Positions 42,060-58,024 of a DNA stretch of 64,000 nucleotides are shown here, piece after piece; positions within the stretch are counted from its first letter, which is position 1, and the number at the start of each line of letters is the position of its first letter. The position numbers and the translations under genes are program-made. This DNA comes from Eledone cirrhosa (taxonomy: Eukaryota), in NCBI GenBank assembly GCA_964016885.1, contig OZ024740.1, forward strand, positions 67,704,001 through 67,768,000. The letters are read 5' to 3'. The notes under the pieces were generated by a model. That model did not search any database, was not told where the DNA came from, and saw nothing but the letters and a program-made list of their open reading frames with translations.

Positions 42060-43542
42060 TATAATTAATTAAGAAATTTAGCTAATATATGAAACCTGAC
42101 GATAAATCATTAGATTCCTTCACCTTTTTCATTTTAAACTTTCTTCCTAAATATAAACAAGAATATAATAAATTACTCTAAAATGTATATGCTCCCAATG
42201 TATTAAATAAGATATACGTAAGATAAATTTCTATACTAAATATAAGGGTATCCGTAGAATCACTGGGTCTTCTAAATCTTCTAAATCTTTTAAATTATTT
42301 TTATTTTTTTATTTGTTTTGACTCTGATAGCTTCTAATAACTTTCATATGTCTACCCGTGCAATATCTTGTTTGAGATATATAATAAATATATAAAACAT
42401 ATTATTTTAACTTGAGATACTCTATAGTGTTTTAAAGATATTTAATGCTTTGATATTTCTATATTAATATATTGATATTTGATTATCTCTATACAAAGGC
42501 CATATGTGTGTATTAACATGCATATAAAAGTTTTATAGGGTCTATTTATGTGTTTGTATATATGTCTGTATATATACATAACGATGCTGGAAGACTCACG
42601 CAGATATTTATTTATACATATGTATGTGTATATATGGTTGTGTGTGTATATGTTGATGTGTGTTGCAGATATGCATAATTTTAAATACATGAACGGTAAT
42701 CATATATATGAAGACATGAATATTAATCGTATTTTTATGTATATATACTGTAAAATTTTTATAACACAAGAAATGTATAGAAGTGATCAAGTGAAATCAT
42801 TTGTGTGTCTATATTATTGACTTGAGTAGACATAATTTCTTTTTTCAGGACGTACATATGTGTGTATATATATATACATATTTGTATCCGTATTTTTATA
42901 AATAGGGTATTTTTTGAAGGTTTTAACTCAGATTTTGGTATATTGACCTCAAGGTTTTAAACTAAACATATGGTCATTATTGAACAATGTTATTTTCTCA
43001 TATTATATATCTATGTCCCATTCATGAATATTAATATTTAGATTTTTATTATTCATTTCATATGAATTGTTAACTCAACTTAATATGACATGAAGTAAAG
43101 TTGTCACTATATCCCCCTCTCTCTATATAGTATTTCCTCTCTCTTGAGTTTTTCTATCTGTATGATGAATTATTATCTCTGTTGCTTTCTTTTGTTTTTC
43201 TTATTTCTTCCTTTTTTCTTTCTTTTTTCTTTTTTCTTTTTTCTTTTTTCTTTTTTCTTTTTTCTTTTTATTTTCTATTTTCCTCCTATTTATTTATATC
43301 TTTCTTTTCTACATACATTTCTCTCTCTCTCCGGTATTTCTCCAGGTTTTTTCTCTCTCTCCTTCTTTTTCTCTTTCCTTCTCTCTCTCCGTTTTTTCTT
43401 TCTCTGCGTCTTTTTCTAACTGTGCTTAACACTATAACTAATAAAATAATTATAAACATCTCACCATCCAGACAGCTTCCAAAAATAATGGTTGCATCTA
43501 ACAGGGTACGTCAAAATTATTTATAAAACTGTTTATATATTG

Positions 43543-43607
43543 TATTTTGTCTGATGAAGGCATACCATATTTTAATTTGGTATCCCTGAAATATGTATAA
43601 TGAAATA
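43543..43607 (+). ncRNA. Type I hammerhead ribozyme at the Naiad-like 3' end
   Basis: TATTTTGT-CTGATGA-AGG(c)ATACCA...TGGTAT(c)CCT-GAAA-TATGTA-TA-ATGAAATA; stem I retained through G-U pairs. Confidence 0.78.
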
Positions 43608-43816
43608 AATATGGTTTTATAAATATAGTTTCCATTTATTTAATATCGTATATATATATATATATATTTATTAAAATAACAAATTAAATTGTTATAAATA
43701 TTTGGTCTACGGTTCTTATATATCTGATATATATTTATGCTTATCGAGCCCTCTTTAGATTTTGGTCTTCAAATTTATTATTATTACTATATATATATAT
43801 AACAATATATATATAT

Positions 43817-43905
<89 letters not shown>

Positions 43906-44574
43906 GTTCGTTGAGATTTCCGCTAAGTTAATTTTCCTTAAATGTGTACTAAATTTCCATTTATATACACTTGATATTGCGATATCAATTACACTATCGA
44001 ATGTTAAACATTCTTGATTTCTATTCATGAAATTTGGTTTAATTCTACTTTTCTCTCTGGGGAAAAAAAAAAAGTTGTTTATAAAATATTATTTAAACGT
44101 CAACTATTAATCACTCCTGTAATATTAATGTTCGTCCTTTTCACCGTATCAAAATGTGATATCTTGTTCTGGTGTTGTTTACTGTTATTTTTGTTGTTAC
44201 AATTTTCGTTGTTGATTATGGTGGCGGTATAGATGTTGGTGTTAGTGATAGCTCTATGACATTCCCTGTTCTGCAAATCTAGAATCACCAACATTCCAGC
44301 AGTCATGGGCTTCCAATCTTTTTTTTTTTTTTTTCTATCAAGCGTATACTTAGGACTAACGCGCCTAAAGCACCCTACCACTTATTTCTTTGTAAAATGA
44401 AACAAATATCAGTAGTGTGTTATCTTCAATCAATTTGGCTGCTATTTTTAGAGATCTTGTCGTGAAGTTTTCATGTTACGTTGGTTCTAAATCTAATGCT
44501 AACCATTATTCATTTTATTTTACAACCCTTGTGGTTAATAAAGAAAGCATTATTAATTTTCTTTCGGTGGGTGG

Positions 44575-44760
44575 TGGATGGCAGTATCGGTAGAGGGTCG
44601 GACGCCATGCTTTCCAGCATAGTTATGTCCCTTTACGATCTGAGTTCAATTCCCGTCGAGGTTAACTTTGCCTTTCATGCTTACGGGGTCGATAAAATAA
44701 AGCGCTAGTAATACACTGGAACAATTGCTGGCCTTGTGCCTAAAGTAGAAACAATTATTA
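44575..44760 (+). mobile_element. Full-length tRNA-SINE
   Basis: TGGCAGTATCGG A box, GAGTTCAATTCC B box, central domain and tail. Confidence 0.85.
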
Positions 44761-44891
44761 ATTTTCTTTCGATGCATCGAATCAAATGGGAATAGTTTGT
44801 TCCTTTTAAAATCAATATCAAAATAACTATTCTGGTATAGCTACGTAAAAGTAAAGTGTATAAGCTGACTGTCAATTCGGACAAACGGGAG

Positions 44892-45266
44892 TACTCTCAG
44901 GTCTTGAATAGTCGACCCCCACCTGCGCTTATTAATTTTTTAGAAAATTTCCACCCATCGCCGCTTACAAATTTTGCTAAACTCTCTCCGGCGGAACTTT
45001 ATTGGAAGTGATTCATATTGATACAGCAGCTGGATAATCTAATAATAACTTTATTTTAAATTTAAAAAACATTATATATGACAAAAATATAGAACATTAC
45101 AAGAAATCCCTTATTTCCGAACGTACACTATACAATATCCGGTTTCGCAACTATCCCGTTTACCCCGCACCCCACCCCACCCCTCCATCCCGCTTATAAG
45201 AATTTAAGCAAATATCCATCCACCCCACTTATTCCAACCACCCCTATCATTTGAGGCCCGAGAGTA
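44892..45266. mobile_element. Probable MITE (Tc1/mariner-type)
   Basis: Ends TACTCTCAGGTCTTGAAT and ATTTGAGGCCCGAGAGTA are imperfect TIRs with TA flanks. Confidence 0.5.
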
Positions 45267-45608
45267 TTTATCCGCTGCTCTTTCCATTATTTACACTACC
45301 GATCACATCTCCTAACATAACGTTTATAAATTAAAGTAGCACATAAATAATAAGGTAGATTTCATCAACTGTTCTTTATACAAACATGTAAACACTGTTT
45401 ACATGTGGTGGAAATCAATTTACTTTCGATTTATGTTTAAATTCCTAGATTCACGATAGTAAAGCAAACAAAGTATGGAAGCATGAATGCATACAATTAT
45501 GTAAAGCCTGCAAGTAAACACGAACGCCCACATTGATGGACAAATGTATATATATTTGTAAGTATGTATGAATAAAGGCATGTAGGCGTATGTATACATG
45601 CGTACATT

Positions 45609-46368
<760 letters not shown>

Positions 46369-47959
46369 TATATATATATATATATATACTGTATATAGGT
46401 TGATTACATGAGTTTATAATACAACTGTAAAAGCATACATATATTCAAATTTCGAAAGTGATTTTATTATTCACAGTAAGATAGGCAAAAGACAGTTCAG
46501 AAATTAATTCAATTTGTAAATTTCCTGTCATTTTAGTTTTACAACATGACATAGCATATCTAAAATGAATAAGTAAATAATTAAGTTTTAATACATTATT
46601 TAATTGATTTTCACGTTTCATGCATATACAGGAGGGGGGTATCAAATGTATCAAATTCATTAGAATCATCAGGTAATATAAAAAAGGTAGTTTTTTACCA
46701 ACAGCATATCGAATGTCACCAAACTCGAAAAAATTCGACAAACGTAAACAAGCTTAGATGGGAAAATGTTAAAAAGTATGGAAGAGTAGACGCAAACATT
46801 AAAATAAAATAGTAATACATATAAAAGGTAGTGGTTAATTGAACTGTTATACTTAATACTCTTATTTTGACTCGAATAAACATTATAGGAGTGAAATTGG
46901 GGCTTATCAATTTAATGACATTAATTAGAGTTCGGAACAGTTTTAATTCCAACTATATTGTATGTGAAGAAAAAACAATATAAACAGTTATGAAAGCTTA
47001 AATTTGTGATAATATATCAATCAGTAGGATGATTTCCCATTCTGAATAACTATTAACCTAAACGTTACGACCATTTTTTTATATTATATACGTGTGAACA
47101 TATACACACACACACATATGTTTATTTATTTAATTATTTACTCACATGCGCGTGTGTGTTTGTGTATGTATGTATATTTGCTCAATATCACACTGCGATA
47201 CACTAGCAAATTATTATCGTTTAACATAATGTAGCCAATGATACCTAATAAATGCTTTTTAACATGGCTTTTAAATTACTTTTTAAGCAGTACATTACTC
47301 ATAAGATGTTATATACATTAGCCCCGGTCCTAGTTATGTCTATTCTGTAATATAATATACTGCTATACGAACGAAACTGTCTAGGTTTCAAAATTATGTT
47401 TAATATTACACCATGCCATGGCCTTTTGGTTTATATTCATAACATATTTAATTGAAAAAACGCAAAGAATACGCTACTCTTATTGATAATAAAAGTAGAG
47501 AGTTTCAAATTTCCATCTACGTTTACTTTTGAGCTTTTGTCACTCAATGCTTACGAACGAATCATTTTTACTGACTGACGATGATGGTCGTGTTACTTTA
47601 TCAAAGATAAATGAAAATACTGATTACGAACGGGTGACTACAACGGTATTAATATTATTGTTAACATTATCAGTTTCGCATCTGTTGATATTGTTAATTT
47701 TATTGTTGTTATTATTCTCATTATTAGTATTATTCTTGGTCATCGACAACACAAGACGTGTTTTTGTGAGGTTCCGTTAGTATATAAATTTGTTTTGGAA
47801 TTGTATTTGATTTTGGCAGCAAAGTCTTCATATGGATTCCGCCTGTATCATCTGAAAGAGACAGTTTATAATATTTGGGCCTTTTTGCCCATATATTTGA
47901 ACATTCTATATTTTTTAAGATTATCGTTTTTAACAAAATAATAACATTTTCAGTCTGCT

Positions 47960-48840
47960 GTCTCGGCATAGCGACTTAAACATAGAGAGGATGGATAAAA
48001 CAACAGCAAGCACCATTGTGGACACAGAAAACATAACAATTACAAACACAATATTCAAAAACAAAATTAGCACCACCAACAGCAAATGAACAATGACAGC
48101 ACCAACATCCACAACGAAACAAGTGAAAAAAACAACAGCAATAACAACTCCAAGAACAACAACGTAATTTAAAACAACAACAACACCAAATAAAACAGCG
48201 ACAGAACAACAACAACACCCCCAGCAACAGCACCGGCAACAGCAACACATACGAAAACAAGAACTCATTCACTGGTGCAACAGCCAACAAATAGGCCATG
48301 CTATATCATCGACCTGACCAAAAAAGAGAAATCCAATCCTGGAAGCTCATTAAACAAGAGTAAACCTGGAGCAACTTAACCGTTCAAGCAGAGGCCATAG
48401 ATACGATGGAGAGGAGAACTGTAGTCTTTAGATATCAGTGGATACAAATAAAGCGACCAACACTCCCCAGACAAAAGTCGAAGCTGCAATGAGTTGCATT
48501 AGATATGACTCAGAATGCATAGCGTAGGGCAGAGAATATGGGACCATCTCGGTGCTTTTTAATTCAAGAGCCCTTAATGTGAAACACGCAGTGATCCATC
48601 GCAAAACCAGCAAAGGCAATATGTACCCTTCCTACATTTGAAAGAGAACTGTAAAAGTCATCATTTCCAGGATTTCATCAGGAATCTTGTGATGGCTCCT
48701 GGGATGCGTGATTGTGGAGGCGACAGATGCCAGCCCAATCGAGGCGCACAGAACAGCCAGGGAGGACTGGTCCCGGGTTGACATGGAGATACTTCTCCAG
48801 ATCTAGCCTGAAGACCTAAGAAAAATCCCGCACCATAGTG
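47960..48840 (+). mobile_element. Decayed LINE 5'/ORF1-like fragment
   Basis: (CAA)-rich leader followed by GC-richer coding-like sequence, similar in organisation to 27.7-28.7 kb. Confidence 0.3.
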
Positions 48841-50947
48841 TTTTTGTTTTTAATATGTTTTTGTTGTGTTCATTGTAATTTGTAGTTCATGTGATGGAGA
48901 TGGCTGAGATGAATTTTGTAACTGCAGTAAATTTATATTGTGGACAAGATGGGATCTAAATCTTCTGGTTGAAAAGATTTAAGTGTTCATTCAAGGATAG
49001 AGAAGAACCTAAATAATTGTGTAATACAAGAAGTTGAAAGAAATATATCTTTGAAACTGAAGGATAAAGTAAAGGCCCGTTAGTTGCAAATTAGAGGCCG
49101 ATTATTTGCTTGAATTTGCTTTGGAAGATATTGACTGGCATATTTGCTGCAAAGGTGTAAAAAGCTCGCTTTAAAATAGCCAATTAACAGGTCATCTGAA
49201 TACATGACTCGTGAATAAGAACGTATGTTATTGTATATTCTACAGACATTTATAACCTTACGTTAGCTTTCTGCAGGGCATATTATGTGATAATAGCCTG
49301 GACATTCCAATTACAAATAAAATCCTTCCAAATAGTTTCCACACAGTATTCATCGACCGAATTTTAGTCACAATGTTTTCGTTAATCCAAGACTATAGTA
49401 AATACACTTTCCTGAGATAATACGCCTGAAGATCGAACCTCATACATCTTGATTGCGAAATTAACCTGTAAATCACCCAGCCATGCCTGCGTCCAAGGAT
49501 TGTAATATAATGACAAGCTGTCTATCAAATCATTCTATAGGAAAATAAATTCTCAAGTGAGATATTTTTTGAGATGCACAATGTTTAAAACTTGTCAATA
49601 TTAATATATACTCTCCAATACCTATTTTCATATTTTAATGGAGAAGTGACATATTTAGTTTAGTCACCATCAGATTATTGACTTCTTCCAGACACAAAGG
49701 CGCTATATATTTCAGGAGAAGTAAATGAGATGATGTGATGTTCAACTATGTCCAATGTATATTCGTGTTTTCGGTAAGTAAATTGTTTTCAAGTGGGAAT
49801 TTCAAAAAAAAAATAACGCAGACATTTCTAGTTTAAGAACTTACTTCTCGCTCTGTATTATTAATGTGTGGAGAATATGTTTAAAATATAACTGTCAGTT
49901 ATATTACGGATTTCAAAAATGTATATGGAAGATGGAACGTAAAGATGACTAATGGGAAATGAAATGTAGACAGGTGCATCACGTGTCTAAGTTCATCATC
50001 TTACACATTAAGTGACTTACCATAATATAGCGCCGAATATAAAGAAAATCACGAATCTAATATTTGCGATGATATTTTTATCTACTGAAAACGTCATGTC
50101 AACGTACTCCATGTGTCCATTATTCTTAACTCAAACCTAAACCTATAAGCATGTTTACTTAGATTCAAGCCTTGAACTTGACAAATTCACTGCAAATCGT
50201 ATGTAGCATTGTTTATCTGTTTACTCAAACATAAAATATTGTGTGTGGGTTTAAGAAGGTACGGAATTTTTAAATATCTAACTAACTATCAGTGACCTAA
50301 ACAGTCGACGAGAGTCCTGTCACCACGAATGTAAAGTGAAGTTAACATTATTTTCTGAGTTAGTGAATAACTAAAATAACCCTTCGACGTGTTAATTACT
50401 TTAGATTCAAAACACCATCTCATTTCAATTCACTTGATATAAAACTACAACTCCGTAATTTCAATATATTGTAATAAATGTAGAAATAGAAGTATGTTAA
50501 AATAAGTATCCAGTAGGGGCAGCTGGAATCAAGACACGTAATTGAAAAACGGTTCTTGAACAGTCGTTCAAACGAAAAATCGGAAAAGAAATAGGGTTAA
50601 AGCATTCGTAGAATGTTAACGAAGTACGTTTTGGAATATAATCCTTTTTTGCCCTATATCTAATGAGAATATACTTCCTTCCATGAGCTCGGCTTGTCTC
50701 GCTTGGGAGTCCAGCTAGATCTGTTGAAAACGCCTGCTTCTGGCAAGACCAGCTGGAAGGAGTGTTTTAGGACTTTGTCCCAAGGACCCTCTCAAGAAGA
50801 AGAAGAAGAAGAAGAAGAAGAAGCTGACGATGATGATGATAATATACTTCCTTCATATTATAATATAATAAAGTGAGGAGTGTGGGACTGCATATCCTGA
50901 ATATATTTTTTTATCCCGTAGGTAAAATAAGTTGGATTACTTTGAAT

Positions 50948-51057
50948 AAATAATTGTTTCTACTTTTGGCACAAGGCCAGCAATTAACCAGTACATTACT
51001 GGTACTTTATTTTATCGACCTCCTAAGTATGAAAGGCAAAGTTAACCTCGGCGGGAT
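50948..51057 (-). mobile_element. SINE 3' half
   Basis: Matches the dominant SINE. Confidence 0.8.
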
Positions 51058-52019
51058 TAATGAGTATTACATAATTTATGTACTAAATTTCGTAGCTGTG
51101 ATTAAACATAAACATTCTTATATATAATGATTGCTTATTTTAAGATTCAATTGTCTACACTTCCGGTTAACGTCCGTTATATCATAACACTTATTACATC
51201 GCTTATGTAAACGTTCATATACTTGCATCGTTGTATAAGGTTTATATTTCTGTTGCTAATTTTCTTCTTTTTCGTTTTCATTACATTTCACCATAATGCA
51301 GTTTATCTATAGTATCATCTTTTATAAATGTATCATGGATTACTTTACTGATTACAGAAGCGAGTGTAACACAGTCTCTCTTCAATTTCTGTGCATATTC
51401 TCAATTACGATTTTATTTGATGTATCATATCTACAAGCATATATATTTGCGTATAATATCAATATGCACACTGCACATGCTAGCAGAAAACCACCTGAAG
51501 GGTTTTCTGCTAGTTTATCATAATGATAAAACATAGTGATAGTTTTAGTGAAATTACTTTCAACCTAAAAATGAAAGTCAAATATTTAACTACAACAATC
51601 TAATATCCATCATGGAATTTCACTTCAAGCTTTTAATATAATTTTGAACACTTTAATAGAGGCGACATGGGACACGTTAATAATCAAAGGGTTAAATAGA
51701 GTGGTTAGCATCCCTTGCAATGTTCCAGGCAGGAAGAGAGAGAATGAAGGTTGAAAAATAGGGTAAGATAAATTGAAAAAATATAGCGATATAAACAGGA
51801 AAATCCATATAGTTAATTCTAACATGTGCATTTTGATCTGTTCATAAATAATAAAAATAGTGACGAAATGAGGGAAGAACGTATATATTTTTCTTTCTTT
51901 TAGATAAAGCGTTTTGCTCTCAGAACACACATATAATGTAAAAGAATGCTCTATTCTGAGTTAAAAGAATAAAATCCCAATATTTTTCTAATGTCTTTAC
52001 TCATAGCAAAATTTTTGCC

Positions 52020-53070
52020 GTAATAATTGTTTCTACTCTTGGCACAAAGCCAGCAATTATTCCAGTGTATTACTGGTATCTAATTTTATCGACCCCGTAA
52101 GGAAAGGCAAAGTTAACCTCGGCGGAATTTGAACTCAGAATTGCAAGGGCCGTAACTCTATGCGTTAAAGCATGGTGTCCGACACTCTACCGATACTGCC
52201 AATGTAATAATAAGTTTCAACAAGTTAAGATTCACAACAATCAACTTTATAAAAACATTTGCCAAGATTTCGTAGATGTCTCCGTATTTTGCTTAGAGAC
52301 CAATTTTTGCAGTGACAAATGTTCTTCGAGACGAGTTTATTTTATTTTTATATTCTTCAAATTTCTATTTATATAGATGATAAGCGAAAACAGTAACGAC
52401 ATGAATACTAATAAAAAGAGTGATGATGATAATTGTGATTGATGTAATGGTGTAGGTGTTTGTTGTGGTGAGGGTGGTGACGGGGATACTGCTGGTGGTT
52501 ATTACGTTCATGATTATGAAGATGATGATGATAATATTAATAATAATAAGAACAACAGCAACAACAACAAAAACAACAACAATGCTAATAATAATTGTTT
52601 CTACTTCTGGCACAAGGCCCAGTGCAATACTGGTACGTTATTTTATCGACCTCGTAAGGATGAATGGCAAAGTTAGGCGCAAGGCCAGTAATTTGGGGTG
52701 GGGTGTCGATTAAATCGATCCCAGTACGTTACTGGTGGTTTATTTTATCGACCCCTCAAGGATGAAAGGCAAAGTTAACCTCGGCGAGATTTGAACTCAG
52801 ATCATAAAGGGCCGTAACTCTATGCTGCAAAGCATTGTGTCCGACGCTCTACGTATACTGCCAATCCACTGACCTATTAATAATGATAATAACTATAACA
52901 ATAATTGTTTCTACTTTTGGCACAAAGCCAGCAATTATCCCAGTGTATTACTGGTACTTTATTTTATCGACCCCGTAAGGATGAAAGGCAAAGTTAACCT
53001 CGGCGGGATTTGAACTCAGACCATAAATGGCCGTAACTCTTTGCTGCAGCATCGCGTCCGACCCTCTACA
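52020..53070 (-). mobile_element. Cluster of tRNA-SINE copies (52020-52205, 52590-52870, 52900-53070)
   Basis: Repeated units of about 185 bp with A and B boxes. Confidence 0.85.
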
Positions 53071-53463
53071 GATAATATAATAAATAGGGTGTCTGTATTC
53101 GGAAGATAGAATTGTTTATGGCGGCGCACAACAGCTGAACAGATAATATAGTTTTTCTTTGTCTGGGCATGAAATATGCAATTGATAATTGAAAAGGGAT
53201 ATTAAATATTGATATTGTTCCATTGGGAGGCTTTTGGTTATGTCATTGAGAAGAGAGGGCGGTGTTGTTAAGACATCCGTTTCACTCCCAACAAATTACG
53301 TCTTCTATTCTAATACGTTTTTTTATTTCTCCTACGCTAATTTATGTATATGTATGTATGAACGTATATTTGTATGTATATACATATATATATATATATA
53401 TATACATGTGTGTGTGTGAGTGTGTGTGTGTGTGAGTGTTTGTGTGTGCGTGCGTGTGTGTGT

Positions 53464-53565
<102 letters not shown>

Positions 53566-53646
53566 GGTAAACAGAAATAACAACACGATCGGTACTGTAT
53601 TTGGAAGGGATATATTAGGTTAACGCTTGATATAGCAGGAAGAGGG

Positions 53647-53682
53647 TCTTAACGTTTTGGATGCTAGTCCTTCATCAAAAGA
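53647..53682 (-). ncRNA. Degenerate minimal hammerhead remnant
   Basis: TCTT-TTGATGA-a-GGA/TCC-AAAA-CG-TT-AAGA; core mutated at C3 and G12. Confidence 0.45.
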
Positions 53683-53790
53683 AACAATGAGAAATAAGAT
53701 CGATTGAGAGGACGGGTGAGTTGCAATTTGAAAAAATATGTCCGAAGAAAAAGCAAAGGAAAATAAGTGCTCTATGTATAATACAGAGGT

Positions 53791-54045
<255 letters not shown>

Positions 54046-54109
54046 AACCAGTAAGACCCCGACGGCTGAGCTCAAGCCGTTTCAACGGCTAATTCTATAT
54101 ATATATATA

Positions 54110-54208
<99 letters not shown>

Positions 54209-54279
54209 TATAAAAATATATAAATATATAAAATATGAAAATAAATAATAAAATAAATATATATATATATATATATATA

Positions 54280-54482
54280 TAGGACGAGTAGGACCCCGAC
54301 AGCTGAGCTCTAGCCGTTTCGACGGCTAATTCTGGACGGCTAATTAGTCCAGAATTAGCCGTCGAAAGGGCTTGAGCTCAGCCGTCGGGGTCCTACTCGT
54401 TCCTATTACCCACTCTGCTACCCTAAGTATTGAGTACTTTGGTGCGTTATGGTCCACCTGGTTCCTTACCACTTTTCTTCCG
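54280..54482. mobile_element. Fold-back non-autonomous element containing half a hammerhead
   Basis: Palindrome 54284-54400; same family as 32495; extra fragment at 54043-54097. Confidence 0.75.
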
Positions 54483-54483
54483 T

Positions 54484-54547
<64 letters not shown>

Positions 54548-54590
54548 TTATTATTTATTTTCATATTTTAAATATTTTTATATTTTTATA

Positions 54591-54621
<31 letters not shown>

Positions 54622-54622
54622 A

Positions 54623-54666
<44 letters not shown>

Positions 54667-54668
54667 GT

Positions 54669-54768
<100 letters not shown>

Positions 54769-54917
54769 ATACTTTGGGAGGGTCATGTTGCCAATAAGAA
54801 ACGCACGCACCAATTGATTTCACTTCAATTTATTATTATAATAAATTTGTAAATTTATAAATTTATAAATTTCTGGTTGGTTGGTTGGTTCCACAACCAG
54901 ATAGTTGTTTATATATT

Positions 54918-54961
54918 GTCATAGTTCTTTCGTCACACACTCTGTGAGCTCTTCAGTGACT
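54918..54961 (-). ncRNA. Minimal hammerhead in inverted pLTR (stem II has a G>C change)
   Basis: Reverse complement: GTCA-CTGAAGA-GCTCAC...GTGAC-GAAA-G(AA)C-TA-TGAC. Confidence 0.65.
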
Positions 54962-55161
54962 GGGGATTCCTTTCTTTGTTTCTGTGCCTCTCCCTTGTTC
55001 TGTCCTACGCCATTTTGTTTATGTGTGTGTGTTGTGTGCTCAGTCTGCGCATGCGCCACATCCGGGTGTCTGTGTGTGTTTATGTTCATTTATTTATTTG
55101 TTTATTTACATGTTACTGGTTGGTTGTTTGTTCTATGTGTGTGTGTGTTTTCATTTTGTCC

Positions 55162-56057
55162 TTAATTGTAAGTTGTGATGTTGCTGTTCCACTCATATTT
55201 TCTATTTAATTTTGGTTGTAATTCTTTTATGTTTATTGATTCTGTGATTTGTCTAAACATTGCGTCTTTTCTGTGTGTAGATTCTATTCTTATTTCTATG
55301 TTCTCTAATTTACCGTTGTGTTCTATTTTAGCATGTTGGTAGAGTACAGATGATTCTTTACTATCTTGAAGGTCTCGCCAGTGTTCATTTATCCGTTCCC
55401 CTACACTACGAGCTGTCTCACCTATGTACACTATATATTTTGTCTCTACATTGTCCTTCAGTACATCTTATGCTCTACACTACATTTCTAGTTTTACAGT
55501 TAATATGGGGGCTTATTTTACAGGTTATACATTTCTTATCTATACATGAGGGTCTTTGAAAAGGGTATGTCTTGCTAATAAGTGTTTTTACGGAGGTACC
55601 TGGTCTTTCTACTATCTTAATATTGAGTTTATGTTTATTTAGGGCCCTTCTAAATTTGTAAGCTAATTCACCTCTAGGGGTTGTATTGATGAACATTACA
55701 CTCTGGTATTTATTGCTATCATACCATGAGTTTATTCTATTAGCCTTGTTCCTAGTTCTTTCTATTCTATTCCAAAATTTGCTCCTATACAAGGAGCAGG
55801 TCCCATTTATGTCATTATTTACCATTTTTTCCCATTTGGTTCTGGCTCCTCTATACACTCTGATTTTATCTCTCTGATTGTAGCCAGAGAACTGCATACG
55901 GTGGATGAAGTGTTGTATGTGTCTCTCTAGTTCTTCGGGGTTGCACATGCGGGACACGTTTCTCATCACCCGTACAAAATCCGCAATCAGTATGTTGATT
56001 TTGGTATGGTCCGAAACGGCCGAGTTTCGGTGGATCAGATGTTTGGAAGTCATGGGT
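55162..56057 (-). pseudogene. PLE thumb/GIY-YIG fragment
   Basis: ORFs 55475-56065 and 55162-55431, separated by a premature stop. Confidence 0.85.
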
Positions 56058-57329
56058 ATGCCCAAGAGGAAGGAGCAGCCATTGGTGTTAGCATTGCATG
56101 CGACATAGCTAACTTATTCATGGTATGGTGGGACAGTAGACTTAAACTTAAGCTTAAAGAACAATTAGAAAACCCCTTAACCCTGATAATGTACTCCCGC
56201 TACGTTGATGATATAAACATCGTAGTTAAGACACCCCCACTAGAGAACAATCAGGAACTAGAGAAAAACACAATGGAAAGCATCCAGTAAATAGCTAACT
56301 CTATCCACAAGAGCATTAGAGTTACTATAGACTACCCAAGTAAACACCCAAACCATCGATTACCTGTACTAAACACAGAGCTCGGTTAGATACCATTAAT
56401 AACAAAAAACAAATCCTCCATTCCCATGATGCCAAACCCATGACTTCAAACATCTGATCCACCGAAACTCGGCCGTTTCGGACCATACCAAAATCAACAT
56501 ACTGATTGCGGATTTGGTACGGGTGATGAGAAACGTGTCCCGCATGTACAACCCCGAAGAACTAGAGAGACACATACAACACTTCATCCACCGTATGCAC
56601 TTCTCTGGCTACAATCAGAGAGATAAAATCAGAGTGTATAGAGGAGCCAGAACTAAATGGGAAAAAATGGTAAATAATGACATAAATGGGACCTGCCCCT
56701 TGTATAGGAGCAAATTTTGGAATAGAATAGAAAGAACTAGGAACAAGGCTAATAGAATAAACTCATGGTATGATAGCAATAAATACCAGAGTGTAATGTT
56801 CATCAATACAACCCCTAGAGGTGAATTAGCTTACAAATTTAGAAGGGCCCTAAATAAACATAAACTCAATATTAAGATAGTAGAAAGACCAGGTACCTCC
56901 GTAAAAACACTTATTAGCAAGACATACCCTTTTCAAAGACCCTCATGTATAGATAAGAAATGTATAACCTGTAAAATAAGCCCCCATATTAACTGTAAAA
57001 CTAAAAATCTAGTGCATAGCATAAGATGTACTGAAGGACAATGTAGAGACAAAAATATAGTGTACATAGGTGAGACAGCTCGTAGTGTAGGGCAACGGAT
57101 AAATGAACACTGGCGAGACCTTCAAGATAGTAAAGAATCATCTGTACTCTACCAACATGCTAAAATAGAACACAAGGGTAAATTAGAGAACATAGAAATA
57201 AAAATAGAATCTATACACAGAAAAGACGCAATGTTTAGACAAATTACAGAGGCAATAAACATAAAAGAATTACAACCAAAATTAAATAGAAAATATGAGT
57301 GGAACAGCAACATCACAACTTCCAATTAA
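56057..57329 (+). pseudogene. PLE RT/GIY-YIG ORF, truncated, with a stop and frameshifts
   Basis: YAQEEGAAIG (motif B), YVDD, stop at 56288-90, YIGETARS. Confidence 0.9.
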
Positions 57330-57530
57330 GGACAAAATGAAAACACACACACATATAGAACAAACAACCAACCAGTAACATGTAAATAAACAAATAAATA
57401 AATGAACATAAACACACACAGACACCCGGATGTGGCGCATGCGCAGACTGAGCACACAACACACACACAGAAACAAAATGGCGTAGGACAGAACAAAGGA
57501 GAGGCACAGAAACAAAGAAAGGAATCCCCA

Positions 57531-57573
57531 GTCACTGAAGAGGTCACAGAGTGTGTGACGAAAGAACTATGAC
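57531..57573 (+). ncRNA. Minimal type I hammerhead in PLE pLTR
   Basis: GTCA-CTGAAGA-g-GTCAC/GTGAC-GAAA-G(AA)C-TA-TGAC. Confidence 0.78.
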
Positions 57574-57975
57574 AATATATAAACAACTATCTGGTTGTGG
57601 AACCAACCAACCAACCAGAAATTTATAAATTTATAAATTTATAAATTTATTATAAATTTATTATAATAATACATTGAAGTGAAACAACTGGTGCCTGTGT
57701 TTCTTATTGGCAACATGACCCTCCCAAAGTATAACAATATCGGTTTCAACACACGATTTTAGATAAAGAATCTTGCTAAACAAATTCAGAAACGAAATAT
57801 ATATATATAATTATATATTAAATAAGAGATTAAAGTTTAAGCAAAGAATCGCTGCTTTCAACATTAATAAAGATGCTGATGTTACATAAATCGACCATCT
57901 TTATTAATGTTATATATATATATATATATATATACATACACATATATATATATATGCATATAAATATATATATAT

Positions 57976-58024
<49 letters not shown>

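Larger units (their letters stand above)
40421..43650 (+). mobile_element. Naiad-like Penelope element, 5'-truncated and rearranged
   Basis: SDKTNNLY, FDITMGS, GLYRDD, CNCR....CPL...CL linker, VVY..YVGST GIY-YIG, CDLC...CRH; long 3' UTR ending in an HHR; TA flanks. Confidence 0.88.

Noticed and set aside
44575-44660. A/B boxes as tRNA genes
   Set aside because: They are always followed by the SINE central domain and tail; no cloverleaf
51480-51515. 13-bp hairpin CTAGCAGAAAACC/GGTTTTCTGCTAG
   Set aside because: Single short instance with no supporting context
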